A DNA stretch of 63,075 bases, filler included, from Octopus bimaculoides (GCF_001194135.2; 9 parts of 8 records of this genome joined end to end with filler, not necessarily neighbours in it), one strand, 5' to 3'; shown: positions 36,899 through 49,172, counted from the first letter of the whole stretch. Notes: generated by a model not told the origin, from the letters alone. Translations and numbers: made by a program.

Positions 36899-37860
36899 AT
36901 GCAGCGTATCCCAAAAAATGTATAGAAGCTTTAACAGCTGATAACTATATTTTCTTAATTTCTTTTTCGATTTAAACCTTTAGAAATAATGAAGAGAGCC
37001 AGACTAAGTTTTGAACAAAAGAAATTTGTTGGAAGTTAGCAAACACAGTTGCAGGAAAAAAGATAATTTAAAGGAGAACTGTTCAAAATGTCCACAACAG
37101 GCGTTTCGGAAGACTGCGAACATCGGCCAGGCTCTTAAAGCAAGAAACAACGTATTGCGACAAGCGAGTCAAGAGACAGGAACTTCAAAATCGAGCGTCC
37201 ATAGCATTTTAAAGCACTGTCATTGGAAAAGTAACATTCCAACAATAGTCTATGCTCTCAACGAATATGATCCGGACCGAAAAGTGGTTTATGTGTGACA
37301 CTTAGCATGATGTGTAGCTGGACACTTTCCAACAGTGCCTGTTTGGAGTGATGAGGGTATCTTAAATTAAATGACCCAATTAACTGTCACAATTGCACTT
37401 ACGGGGGACCTGAGAATATGCATAGTTTTGGAGGAACACCTAGTTAATTCATCAGGAGTTACAGTATAGCGTAGCTTACATCAAAAGGACTAATTAGACC
37501 ATTCTTCTTTAATGGCATTGTGACTAGTTTCATTTACTTGATGTTGCTCAAACTATCATGCCAACATTCAAGAGGACTTTGAAGATGTCGAGTCTTATTT
37601 CTAGCAAGATGGGGCATTCCTACGCTACTGTAATAGTGTAAGGGTCTACCTTGAGATTTTGCCAAAAACGTAGATTAGACTAAGAGTTTCAATAGTATAT
37701 CCTCCGCGATCACCGGACCTCAGACCACTAGAGTTTATTATGGGTATACTTCAAAGCTAAAGTTTACGATACAAAACGGGTAACAGTCGACGTCTTAACA
37801 GCAGACATTGAACGAAAATAAACACCAATGCCAAATGAAATGTTTCTTGATGATGGCGAT
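36899..37860 (+). mobile_element. Tc1/mariner transposon, rosa/DD41D-like, degraded transposase
   Basis: [43 protein letters not shown], then WSDE..., YF*QDGA, YPPRSPDLRPLEF. 40 codons lie between the 2nd and 3rd catalytic positions as read. A 5' TIR-like gcagcgtatcccaaaaaatgtata is present; the 3' TIR was not found. Confidence 0.8.
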
Positions 37861-38189
37861 TCCGAGTAAACAGAAATTTTGGAGTCACTGTCAACCTTTT
37901 TCCTGTAAAAATAAAATAAATATGATACTCTGCTGAAAGGTATTGATTGATCCTTCAATTAAAAGAAAAACAAACAATATACATACACATATATTCATTT
38001 GTTTCAGTCATTAGACTGCAGCCATACTGGGGCACTGCCTAGATACATATTCTACACACAACAACATAGTTTTGAATATGTGAATTGTTTTCAGTATTTT
38101 TCTTTCAACTGGGAAGAGGGAATTGAAGGTTTGGTCCAATTTCTTGCTAAATAGTTCCGTCATTTAAAGTCACTTAAAGAGACAGGCAC

Positions 38190-38805
38190 ATATACAATAC
38201 GTAGAAATTTGGAGACATTTTCATAGGAGACATTTATTCATTTCAAAGATGTATAAAATTCTGATCAAAAGTCACAGGGAACAAGATTTGGACTAAGGTC
38301 GTGTGAGAGACAGTTGTGATGCGCATCTCTGTCAAGTAGTTGATTACCATGATGAAACTGTGGACTGGTGCAGGTGCTCTGGCCTTTGGCAACGAAATCT
38401 CCTGAACTCACTCAAAATCTCCACAAAGTACCTGGTCAGAAGGAACCCAGTGGATGCCCTTGCTGTCGAAAAAGAGGATCATCATAAGTTCCTCGGTAGA
38501 TGTGTTTTGCTTGGTTTCTTTTCTGTTTGACATCAGTTTTTATACTTTTCCAAATAGACCGGAACATTTCTTAAGTTTTTCTAGTGTTTTCGCTCCGTCA
38601 AACACAAAATTTTATTGCATAGCAAGCTTCCATATTGTCATGTCTCGAGTGCATTCTGTGAACGAGTATACTGTGACAAGCAGTGTTTAGTATGTTATGT
38701 TCAAAGTACTGTTACAGTCGTCTCATTCCATCTGGAATAACAAAATTTGGCAGGTCAACTTATTAGGTGCATAGCAATGGTATAGCAAAATTACACTAAT
38801 CTAGT
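38190..38805 (-). mobile_element. Internally deleted mariner (DD34D-type), same family as 31085-31500
   Basis: MEACYAIKFCV is joined directly to ...LMMILFFDSKGI.HWVPS...EYFVEILSEF...P.LVPCDF remnants. Confidence 0.75.
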
Positions 38806-39552
38806 ACAGTTATAGTTGCCTCTCCTAAAAACAAAAGTCTCTTCTGGAATTCACCTAGCACATGTATGAATGTATGATCAATGTACGTGTTTCTGTGTGC
38901 TTGGATATATATNNNNNNNNNNNNNNNNNNNNNNNNNNNNNNNNNNNNNNNNNNNNTTAATTAATTAANNNNNNNNNNNNNNNNNNNNNNNNNNNNNNNN
39001 NNNNNNNNNNNNATCCTACGACCGCGAGTCCGCTGCCCTAACCACTGGGCTATTGCGCCTCCTAGAGGATTGTAACGATTGGGAATATGCACGACTGGTA
39101 AAGAGCTGATCACCCTTGCAAGCATGACGAAATGTATGAAAGTGCAAAACAGTATCCAAACTGGTAGCTCCAGTTCTCCGTAGCTACTGGATTTGTAGAG
39201 TATACTAGACTTACTAACCAGCGTTGCCCGGTAAAGTATTCGCGGAATTGTTTGCTATTTTGTAGAATGGGAATTCACAGTACTTATGCATGTATATATA
39301 TTTGACCTAACTCCTGGACTTATTTAATTGGAATTATCCAAACAATAGTAATCAATGCACATGAGTAGAAGCTTTTTTTGTTTAACAATTTTTATCTTGA
39401 AAATCACCTGTTACTTTTGTTTTAAAATGAAAGAGAGGAGAAAGTGAAAGATGTATGAACGTGTATATGAAATGAATATGTGTGTGTGAGAGAGAGAGAA
39501 AGAAAGTGTGCAACTTACACATACATGAGAACACACACGTTCACTCACTCAA

Positions 39553-39631
<79 letters not shown>

Positions 39632-40300
39632 CACACGTACATACAAAAATGGTGTACGCGTATGTACGTATATATGACAACACACCCCTTCACTCACTCT
39701 CTCTCTTTCTGTCTTCCTCTCTCTCTTTCTGTCTTCCTCTCTCTCTTTCTGTCTTCCTCTCTCTCTTTTTCTCTCTCTCTTCCTCTCTCTTTCTCTCTTT
39801 GACACACACACGTCCATTTCATATACATGTACATACATCTTTCACTTTCTCCTCTTTTTCACTTTAAAACAAAAGTAAATATATAAAAAAAATATAAAAA
39901 TTACGGAAATCACATTCAGTTTATAATATTTCTAAATAATTAAAATATTGTGTACGTCAAAAAGTTGACGGTTTTTTTTTTCTTAGAGAGCGCATAAACT
40001 ATGTGTGTGTATATGTCACAGATAGCGGACGTGTGTTTGTGTTGATTGACACGCCATGACATTCATTATATGTGTGTGTATTCTGTATGTGTAGACGTCA
40101 CGGAAGCCACCTTGGAAATTTTGACACAAGGCCAACATTTTAGGAGAATATGGGTAAATCGGTAATATTGACTCCAGTGTTCGACTGGTACTTCTTTTAT
40201 CGACTCCGAAAGGATGAAAAGCAAAGTTGACCTCGGCAGAATTTGAACTTTATATAAACAGATTGGCTACTTGTTTCTCTGGAATTGGACAAATTGATGT

Positions 40301-40350
40301 ACACACCTCTGATGAGAATCCAATAAGGTTCGAAAATCGATTAAGACTGT
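40301..40350 (+). ncRNA. Hammerhead-like motif (H5)
   Basis: acacacCT-CTGATGA-GAATC-caataa-GGTTC-GAAA-A-TCGA-T-TA-AGactgt. Helix II is 5 bp, helix III is palindromic AATCGATT, the cleavage site is UUA, and helix I is degenerate. Confidence 0.55.
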
Positions 40351-40383
40351 TCATCATTTTTCTTCAATCTACGGAGAGATAGT

Positions 40384-40688
40384 GGATCTGTTCAGTTTCG
40401 CTCACAGATTTAAAAATTATTTTTTTTAACTAAACAGTTTGAAACTTCGTATACTGGGGTAATTTCTCACGCTCAACACGGTTTACATTCAACATTTTTG
40501 ACAAAATTTCGTATTTTAGAAGTTATTTCGTGTGGGTAATTTTAACCAATCAACGACGTGTATTCAGTTGAAGAAAGCTACTGCTGTTTGCGAAAGTAAT
40601 CTAAGAGGAACAACCAGTATACGAAGTTTCAAACTGTTAAGTTAAAAAAATATCATTAAAAAATTTGTGAGCGAAACTGAACAGATCC
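40384..40688. mobile_element. MITE-like element with TIRs of about 75 bp
   Basis: ggatctgttcagtttcgctcacagattt...aacagtttgaaacttcgtatactgg versus ccagtatacgaagtttcaaactgtt...atttgtgagcgaaactgaacagatcc. Confidence 0.8.
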
Positions 40689-40924
40689 GAGTTCATTAAA
40701 TTTGCCTTGTTTATATATCTACTGCATAAGATTACAGATATATTTACATTTGAACATTTCTGCAAAGAATCTTCCTGCTTTTATTTTTCCTGCCTGTTCG
40801 ATACCCTCTCATCTGTCACTCACTNNNNNNNNNNNNNNNNNNNNNNNNNNNNNNNNNNNNNNNNNNNNTTAATTAATTAANNNNNNNNNNNNNNNNNNNN
40901 NNNNNNNNNNNNNNNNNNNNNNNN

Positions 40925-40961
<37 letters not shown>

Positions 40962-42262
40962 TTCATATATATATATAGATGGACATTGTTTATGTATCTA
41001 TGTATCTATGCATGCATGCGTATGTATGTAAGAAAATATGTATATGAAAGTGTAAAATACGATGGCATTTGAATTAAATACTGGACACTGCTGGCAGTGT
41101 CCAAAACTGACATCATGTTATACTGATAATATTAAGTTAGTGCTCCTCCTTGTCACTATGAGCAACGTCTCAAACATGTAAGTACATTTAGATTATTGAA
41201 TTTTCGAGAAAACATCTGATTTACTATTGCTGAGAATTAATAATCTAAGATTGAATAAAGAATGCAATTTTACAGTGTAAACTAAGTTTGTCACTTAGAA
41301 ATATTCAATTTTCGGTTTTTTGCCTTATGTTATTGCTTAGCACTAGATCCAGCAGACACATTGCTAAACTCATCCTGTTTTTTCCAGCTATAGTATGTAA
41401 ACAGAACTATATCGGTCAATATGTTGCTCCTTGTTGGTGTATTAATAAATATAATAGCTATATTTTTGGAGAAGTGGCCATTGTTGAGTGAGATGTCTAA
41501 GTATACGGCTAGAAATTTATTTCATGAAAATAAAAGCCACGCTGAGTGCAACCCACTGACATTTCAACTATATCAATGTGATATAAATTTAATCAGAGTA
41601 AAACATATATTGATGGTTCTGTCATTTTAGCGGCGGTTTTTAACAGCATGAAAATAGAGTGCTTTGTCTGTCGAGATATTATGGATTGCTTTCCATTGTC
41701 ATACATTGTTCGTATTTTCAAATTACTCCTTTCGTAAATCGATTTAATTTATATTATTCCGTTGTAATTCAAACAAAAATTACTGCGGTGATTTTATTCT
41801 ATATTTATATGTATATGTATTTTTACTTGAATACCATCAGAGTTAACAAGAATATCCAAGAGTAATGCTGATTAAGACTACTTCAGCATATGATGATATT
41901 CACTTAATTAATTAATGAACAGGTTATCAGTCACCACACCTTGCAGTGTTGTCATCACTTCTGTCAAACGAAGCAGCAGTGGCAGTATTAAGAATAGAGT
42001 TAAGAAAAACGTTTGAATGTTTTGCAAAGCTACATATGCCCTGGAGTTCCAAGAATTGTTATGGGGGTCCTAGAGATTCGTCCAGTATAACAACAAAAGT
42101 TTTACCGTAGCAATACTTGTGAAGGTAAAGGAACAGTGTACGGTAATCTAAAAAGTCTCTGATGGTAGTGTGGAACTAAAGCGTTTCCTCTATCTCTGTG
42201 ACTTAAAATACAGTACAGGAGACAAAGATGATATTATCGAATGTACGCATGTGTGTGCGTGT

Positions 42263-42302
<40 letters not shown>

Positions 42303-42799
42303 GTGTGTGTGTGTGTACATGTACATATGTATGTGTGTAGCTATTTATGTATGTGTTTATCCATATAGAGAGAATGAAACTGAAGTAGACTGTATTTCAG
42401 AGAGAAAAAGAAGTAATAGCATTTCGAACAGATTGAGATCATATAAAAGTAACCGATTGTGGATATTGCTGGCATGCAATTTGCAACTGTTGTGTTTCTT
42501 TTTACACAACTTACATACACGTATTTCTTACATAGCCACGTAATACGCTATTTCCTACCTGAGGCACATATCTTCTTATATGAATGATTACGAGTGTGAT
42601 TCGTACGTATTCTATTGTTTTCGGAACGACAGGAATCGGCCTGATTCACTACGTTTGAAACTCACTGTAATAAATTACAAGAATTCTAGCACAATATTTC
42701 CATTTGTATTGAATTTTCCTAACGTCATTTCTTTTCCTCGTTTTAGCTGTAAAATACCTACAGTGTATAGATATAATATTTCACTATCATTTTGTTTTG

Positions 42800-42830
<31 letters not shown>

Positions 42831-43142
42831 TCAGCAAGGGACCTCACATCGTGAGCTAAGTGAAATGGTGCGAAGAGAAAATCGAAACCAACACACAGGG
42901 TTAATTCGCGACGAAATTCTTTCTTTCTCTACATAGATCGCATCTTAGTATCAATATTTTGAACGCATATATATGTATGTATGTATTATGTATGCATGTA
43001 CGTATGTATGTATGTATGTATGTATGTATGTATGTATGTATGTATGTATCATCTATCTATCTATAAATCTATTTATCTATTTATCAATCCTATATTAAAT
43101 CTCTGAGCGAGATGTAAACAGTAGCAATACAGAAATGTAACA

Positions 43143-43650
43143 TGTAATTGACAACGAAGTATGGCGTCCTATACATGAATCCTACTGCTACTGACGATTA
43201 CAGCCCTATGAAGACATGTCTTCCAGCTGGCTAATGACACACATTATGTGTCAAATTAGAAATTGCGAGGAGAGGTCATTGCTCCCATCTTTAGCCTTAC
43301 GATTCCGTATTGATACTGTTTACATCTCGCTCAGAGATTTAATATAGCTTATTTCTCCTTTTTTTGAGATCAGAGACAGTTTGTCGTTGGAAAATACATA
43401 AAGTACTTTTCGAGTAGAATCAGTTTTCATCACTAGCTGAAGATTAACACACGCTGACGACAGGTAACCACCCAGAATCTCGAGTCCGTGTGTATCACGT
43501 AAGGCTAGAGATGGGAGTGATGACATCCCCTTGCAAATACTAATCGGACTCAGAATGTGTGTCGTTAACCAGCTGGAAGACATATCTTTCTTTGGCCATA
43601 AATGTCAGTAGTAGTCCTGTATCGTACGCCACACTTGGTTGGCAATTATA
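43143..43650. mobile_element. H4-family element with divergent inverted arms of about 155 bp
   Basis: 43143-43300 is the reverse complement of about 43498-43650 (ends tgtaattgacaacgaagtatggcg and cgccacacttggttggcaattata). Confidence 0.75.
43442..43496 (+). ncRNA. Type I hammerhead (H4), second copy with a core mutation
   Basis: GAT-ta-ACACACG-CTGACGA-caggtaaccaccca-GAAtC-TCGA-GTC-CGTGTGT-ATC. Helix I is a perfect 7 bp; GAAAC has mutated to GAATC. Confidence 0.65.
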
Positions 43651-44397
43651 TGTNNNNNNNNNNNNNNNNNNNNNNNNNNNNNNNNNNNNNNNNNNNNNNN
43701 NNNNNNNNNNNNNNNNNNNNNNNNNNNNNNNNNNNNNNNNNNNNNNNNNNNNNNNNNNNNNNNNNNNNNNNNNNNNNNNNNNNNNNNNNNNNNNNNNNNN
43801 NNNNNNNNNNNNNNNNNNNNNNNNNNNNNNNNNNNNNNNNNNNNNNNNNNNNNNNNNNNNNNNNNNNNNNNNNNNNNNNNNNNNNNNNNNNNNNNNNNNN
43901 NNNNNNNNNNNNNNNNNNNNNNNNNNNNNNNNNNNNNNNNNNNNNNNNNNNNNNNNNNNNNNNNNNNNNNNNNNNNNNNNNNNNNNNNNNNNNNNNNNNN
44001 NNNNNNNNNNNNNNNNNNNNNNNNNNNNNNNNNNNNNNNNNNNNNNNNNNNNNNNNNNNNNNNNNNNNNNNNNNNNNNNNNNNNNNNNNNNNNNNNNNNN
44101 NNNNNNNNNNNNNNNNNNNNNNNNNNNNNNNNNNNNNNNNNNNNNNNNNNNNNNNNNNNNNNNNNNNNNNNNNNNNNNNNNNNNNNNNNNNNNNNNNNNN
44201 NNNNNNNNNNNNNNNNNNNNNNNNNNNNNNNNNNNNNNNNNNNNNNNNNNNNNNNNNNNNNNNNNNNNNNNNNNNNNNNNNNNNNNNNNNNNNNNNNNNN
44301 NNNNNNNNNNNNNNNNNNNNNNNNNNNNNNNNNNNNNNNNNNNNNNNNNNNNNNNNNNNNNNNNNNNNNNNNNNNNNNNNNNNNNNNNNNNNNNNNN

Positions 44398-44455
<58 letters not shown>

Positions 44456-44942
44456 GTGTATATGTGTGTATGTATATATATGAGGGCAAAGAAGATTTTA
44501 CCATATCTTCAAATAACCAGTTACAATTGTTTCGCTATCACACTGTTTTCACCCTTACACGCAAAAGTTCCATGTTTTAGAGTTACGTAATATGTGCGGT
44601 TCTAAACGTTGCATCAAACGGTCCCCTCTTATATATAACGCGTCTGTCAAGAGATGGATGTTGCTTATAGCTTGAATAAACAAGGAATATGAAATAATAT
44701 TTAAAATGGTGGAGGGGACAGGGTCTCAACAATAACAATACCGAAGACAGAAGAAATTATGCTAAGCATATTTTTTCCGGCAATCTAACGACTCACCCAG
44801 CCCGCCGCATTAATGTATACTACTAAACAAAAAGAATTCTATCACATCTGTACAGACACACGAAAAACTTATGTGTATAATATTTGGATATAGTGTAGTA
44901 TGCATTCAATATGCCTGAGTGAACATGCATTTTGTATGTATG

Positions 44943-44988
<46 letters not shown>

Positions 44989-45365
44989 ATATATATATAT
45001 TTNNNNNNNNNNNNNNNNNNNNNNNNNNNNNNNNNNNNNNNNNNNNNNNNNNNNNNNNNNNNNNNNNNNNNNNNNNNNNNNNNNNNNNNNNNNNNNNNNN
45101 NNNNNNNNNNNNNNNNNNNNNNNNNNNNNNNNNNNNNNNNNNNNNNNNNNNNNNNNNNNNNNNNNNNNNNNNNNNNNNNNNNNNNNNNNNNNNNNNNNNN
45201 NNNNNNNNNNNNNNNNNNNNNNNNNNNNNNNNNNNNNNNNNNNNNNNNNNNNNNNNNNNNNNNNNNNNNNNNNNNNNNNNNNNNNNNNNNNNNNNNNNNN
45301 NNNNNNNNNNNNNCAGGTGTCTTGGGGAAATTTCGAATCTGGGTTCTCATTCCTATCGATGTTAC

Positions 45366-45403
<38 letters not shown>

Positions 45404-45433
45404 TATTATTATTATTATTACTATTATTAATCA

Positions 45434-45508
45434 GGTCGCTGCCGTGAATCGAACTCGGAACCTTGGGGTTAGTAGCCCACGCTCTTAACCACTACGCTAT
45501 ATGCGACC
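45434..45508 (-). ncRNA. tRNA-like Pol III head (SINE-type; not a functional tRNA gene)
   Basis: Reverse complement: GGTCGCATATAGCGTAGTGGTTAAGAGCGTGGGCTACTAACCCCAAGGTTCCGAGTTCGATTCACGGCAGCGACC. A box TAGCGTAGTGG, B box GAGTTCGATTC, 75 nt, imperfect stems. Confidence 0.7.
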
Positions 45509-45605
45509 TGATTAATAATAGTAATAATAATAATAATATAATAATAATAATAATAATAATAGTAACATCGATAGGAATGAGAACCCAGGTTCGAAATTTC
45601 CCCAA

Positions 45606-45651
45606 GACACCTGACGAAGGCTGGAGGGTATATCAGCCGAAACGTTGTGTT
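45606..45651 (+). ncRNA. Minimal type I hammerhead (H3), best-preserved copy
   Basis: GACAC-CTGACGA-A-GGCTG-gagggtatat-CAGCC-GAAAC-GTT-GTGTT. Confidence 0.8.
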
Positions 45652-45727
45652 AACAACAAACAAGATGAGGACGAATATCCGTCAAATGTAAATAATGTAA
45701 ATAATGTAAATAATGTATATATATATG

Positions 45728-45779
<52 letters not shown>

Positions 45780-46492
45780 AGGAGAGAGAAAGAGAGAGAG
45801 AGAGAGAGAGGTGGGAGAGAGAGCTTAAAATAGAGAAGAAAAGCAAGAATTTGGTAACACTTGACACAGATATTTAATTTAATTTAGCAATATAATAAAA
45901 GGTAGAGTCTCTGACAGCTGTTTCTAGGATATCCTAGCTATTGGAACATATTAGGACGGCTGTTAGCCATAGCATTAGGACTACTCCCTCACTTCCCCTC
46001 TAGTAGATTGTCTACTTCCTACGTCGGATGTCTATTATCTTTTTCCAACCGCTTTACTCGCTCCACTCCCCCTCCCACAGCTACCCAGTCTGTAGGTCCG
46101 ACATCTGATCTATTTCTCCGTTATGTATCTGTCTTTACACTCGCACGCCCTAACCTCACTAGATAACTGTACACCTCGGTATACTGATTAGTATATATCT
46201 AATAAAATACACATATCTACCTATCATTTTACCAACAGAGTGTACTATATTTATTCCGCCTCTCAGTATTTTTCCAGCTTTGGAACTGCTGGCCTCCATT
46301 TGGCTTCGCTTTGGATTACTATCTAAACATTCTCTAACCACGGATTTACCTAATGACTACCCGATCTAACTGCATTTAATTGGATTGCTACTCCCTTTCT
46401 TGACATAATGAACCACAACAACTATCATTTCTTCCACCGTTACATATATTTAACCTATCTCTCTCCGATGATGGCTATATATTTCACGCAAC

Positions 46493-46497
<5 letters not shown>

Positions 46498-46545
<48 letters not shown>

Positions 46546-46584
46546 TAGGCAGACAGATAGATAGATAGATAGATAGATAGATAG
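46498..46584. repeat. (GATA)n/(GACA)n microsatellite
   Basis: Seen directly; abuts the LINE 3' end. Confidence 0.97.
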
Positions 46585-47292
46585 GTTTATTTATTAGCCA
46601 CAAAGGGCTCAACACAGAGGGGACAAAATACAAATGTAGAGTTTTTTTTTCTTTTCGAGGGGGGCGAAAACAAAGCAGAAAAAAAAACAAAAGTGGGGAC
46701 AACGATGAAAAAAAACATCGCAAAACGTTTGGGGTATTTACAAAAAATACGAAATAATACAGAAAATTCCCAATAAATGGGGAGGTTATCCGTAGAAAGA
46801 AAAACCTACGAAAAGACCACGGTTTGTTAAATAAAATTTCTTTTATTTATGCAAGAAACGTAAGTAACTCTCTGTTTACAAAATTTTAAAACGTTTTATA
46901 GAATCATCGTCAAAGTTGCTTCGTCATTTATACGTGCCATTCTTGCTACATGTATCCATCATTTTTCGAAACATTTGCTAGACAACACTAGCCTCTCTAC
47001 TCTCACCTTCCTTTTCAAGTGATACTTGAAAAAGTTGATGAGAGATTGACCAGAGAGGAAAGTATGTGTCTCTAATCCTTTCAGACGCGTCCACCAGATG
47101 CATTCTTCGACATAGACACAAGTACGATAAATACAGCTCTTCCTTCCCGTTTAAAGGAAGGAGGCGTGACGATATTGACGATAGACTCGGTTGATAAACC
47201 GACTCGTCCCACACGCGACAGCAGTCGTTCGACATAAGCCCACAGCTCCGAAATGGTTGGACACTGCACGAGTGCGTGCAGAACGGTTTCAT
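46585..47292 (-). mobile_element. Tx1/L1-clade non-LTR retrotransposon 3' end (ORF2 C-terminus plus 3' UTR)
   Basis: ETVLHALVQCPTISELWAYVERLL...VSMSK(fs)CIWWTRLKG...FFKYHLKRKVRVE...TMIL* (stop at 46896-46898). This is the CxxC...ETxxHxLxxCxxxxxxW zinc-knuckle tail typical of L1/Tx1 ORF2. The 5' side is cut by a gap. Confidence 0.82.
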
Positions 47293-47625
47293 NNNNNNNN
47301 NNNNNNNNNNNNNNNNNNNNNNNNNNNNNNNNNNNNTTAATTAATTAANNNNNNNNNNNNNNNNNNNNNNNNNNNNNNNNNNNNNNNNNNNNAAATGAGT
47401 AGCAATTGAGTACTGATGCAACTCTTTCTCCTTCGGGGTTTTCTGAGTCAATGCTGGGGCGCGGAGGATCCGAATAGGTGTTTATGTTTCTCCGTGTCTA
47501 AACAGGTACACAGACTCATTAGCAAAAGCATGGTAAATACTACGGGATTATATTCGCTTCCAAGTGACGGCTATAGTGGTTTTAAATGTTGTGCAGCTTG
47601 GGCAAGTGTCTTCTACTACAGCTCC

Positions 47626-47666
<41 letters not shown>

Positions 47667-47739
47667 TAGATAGATAGATATGTATTTATATACGTGTGTA
47701 TATGTTTTTATGTAAGTATTATATACCAATGTGTCTGCT

Positions 47740-47950
47740 TGTATGTGTTTGTTCCCCACCACTTCTTGACAACAGATGTAAGTTTGTTTACGTCTGTTTA
47801 ACTTAGCGTTTTGTCAAAATAGACTGATAGAAAAGCACTAGATTTTTTTTTAAAGTAAGTACTAGAGTCGACTTGTTCGACTACCACTCATCGTGGTGGT
47901 GCTCCAGCATGGCCGCAGTCCAACGAGTGGAACAAATAAAAGATAAAAGA
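47740..47950 (+). mobile_element. CORE-type SINE, 3' half, diverged
   Basis: tttgttccccaccacttcttgacaacagatg...ggtgctccagcatggccgcagtc. Confidence 0.75.
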
Positions 47951-48635
47951 CAAGAAGATACGATATCATAGGTTTTGAAAGCGCTAAAATCTTTAATTTG
48001 TCAGGTTAATACAATTAAGTTAAACGTCAAATATTCCGCTGAGAAAAATCTCTTGTTTTGTTTGAAAATCTGTCTTTAATAAGCTTAGTAAAGAAGCTCA
48101 GATATGCAGCAGAACGAGATCAGGCGACAAACGATACTGAATACATTTATTTTTATTTTTATTTTTTATTTCATTATGGCAAAAATCGATAAAACTTCTG
48201 GATGTTGGTCATCAGACGCTGAAACAAACGACGCCATTGTGCAGGTGATATTAAAGAACAATGAATGTAAAGAAACGCGCTGAATTCCGTCTTTGCACAA
48301 ATACTTAAATATCAATGGCGGAGGAGATATCTTTATCATCTATTCATTCACCCACTATTCCTCGGTTGATAACGAACAGTGAGAACAAGCGCTCAACATC
48401 GCATTGGTGGAGAAATATTCTCCATTTCTGGGTTAACAAGGCTGCAATTGGTTTCATGCAGAGAGAAGATTTCTCAGCAATTATCAAGCTTGCCACATAC
48501 GAGGTTGGTACACGTTTCCATCTTGGAGGAGAATACACTAAGCCACGCTTGCGCCTATAAGATATATATATGTAACCTCGTGGACATCGGTGCCGATTTT
48601 TTCTTCCTCCGTTTTTCCCTTCTTTGGACTTTCCT

Positions 48636-48675
48636 TGTTTCCGACGAAGAGCTCCGTTTGAAACGTCATATTCTC
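48636..48675 (+). ncRNA. Degenerate hammerhead-like motif related to H2
   Basis: tgttt-CCGACGA-A-GAGC-tcc-GTTT-GAAAC-GTC-atatt. The downstream cccgagcgtc..taata is shared with the 17106-17255 repeat. Confidence 0.4.
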
Positions 48676-49172
48676 TCTCTTTCCTTTCCCGAGCGTCTAA
48701 TAACACAATCTGTATCACGTCCTCACGTTGTTGTTTTTTGTTGTTGTTTNNNNNNNNNNNNNNNNNNNNNNNNNNNNNNNNNNNNNNNNNNNNNNNNNNN
48801 NNNNNNNNNNNNNNNNNNNNNNNNNNNNNNNNNNNNNNNNNNNNNNNNNNNNNNNNNNNNNNNNNNNNNNNNNNNNNNNNNNNNNNNNNNNNNNNNNNNN
48901 NNNNNNNNNNNNNNNNNNNNNNNNNNNNNNNNNNNNNNNNNNNNNAAACAACCATGTGTGTATATAAACAAATTTACATTTGTTTATTTTTAGAAGTGCC
49001 GAATGTGTATCGTACGATAGAGACAAGAAAGTGATATTTTCGAACGCAGATAAAACAGCAGTAAAATTAGGCAATATTCCCCCTACCATTGGTATCATGC
49101 CAAGAGAAATCACTCAACAGTCATCAAACCTGCTACATGGAATGCTGGGGTTGTTTTCAATTTGAAAACACT

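Larger units (their letters stand above)
45314..45715. mobile_element. Long hairpin of two divergent H3 units around a tRNA-like head
   Basis: 45314-45439 is the inverse of about 45503-45612 (including the (TAA)n spacer). The loop is a tRNA-like sequence, and the 3' end has (AAATAATGT)n repeats. Confidence 0.85.

Noticed and set aside
41389-41490. Possible exon after ttttttccAG (IVCKQNYIGQYVAPCWC…)
   Set aside because: Weak donor (GA|GTGAGA) and no recognisable homology.
45434-45508. Functional tRNA gene
   Set aside because: The T-stem and anticodon stem have mismatches, part of the acceptor pairing comes from the surrounding inverted repeat, and a homologous half recurs in a repeat at about 50690. 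Treated as a SINE-type head.
45950-46480. Possible LINE endonuclease or ORF1 remnant (…GGINIVHSVGKMIGRYVYF…)
   Set aside because: Only a vague resemblance, with no catalytic motifs identified; needs a tblastx search.
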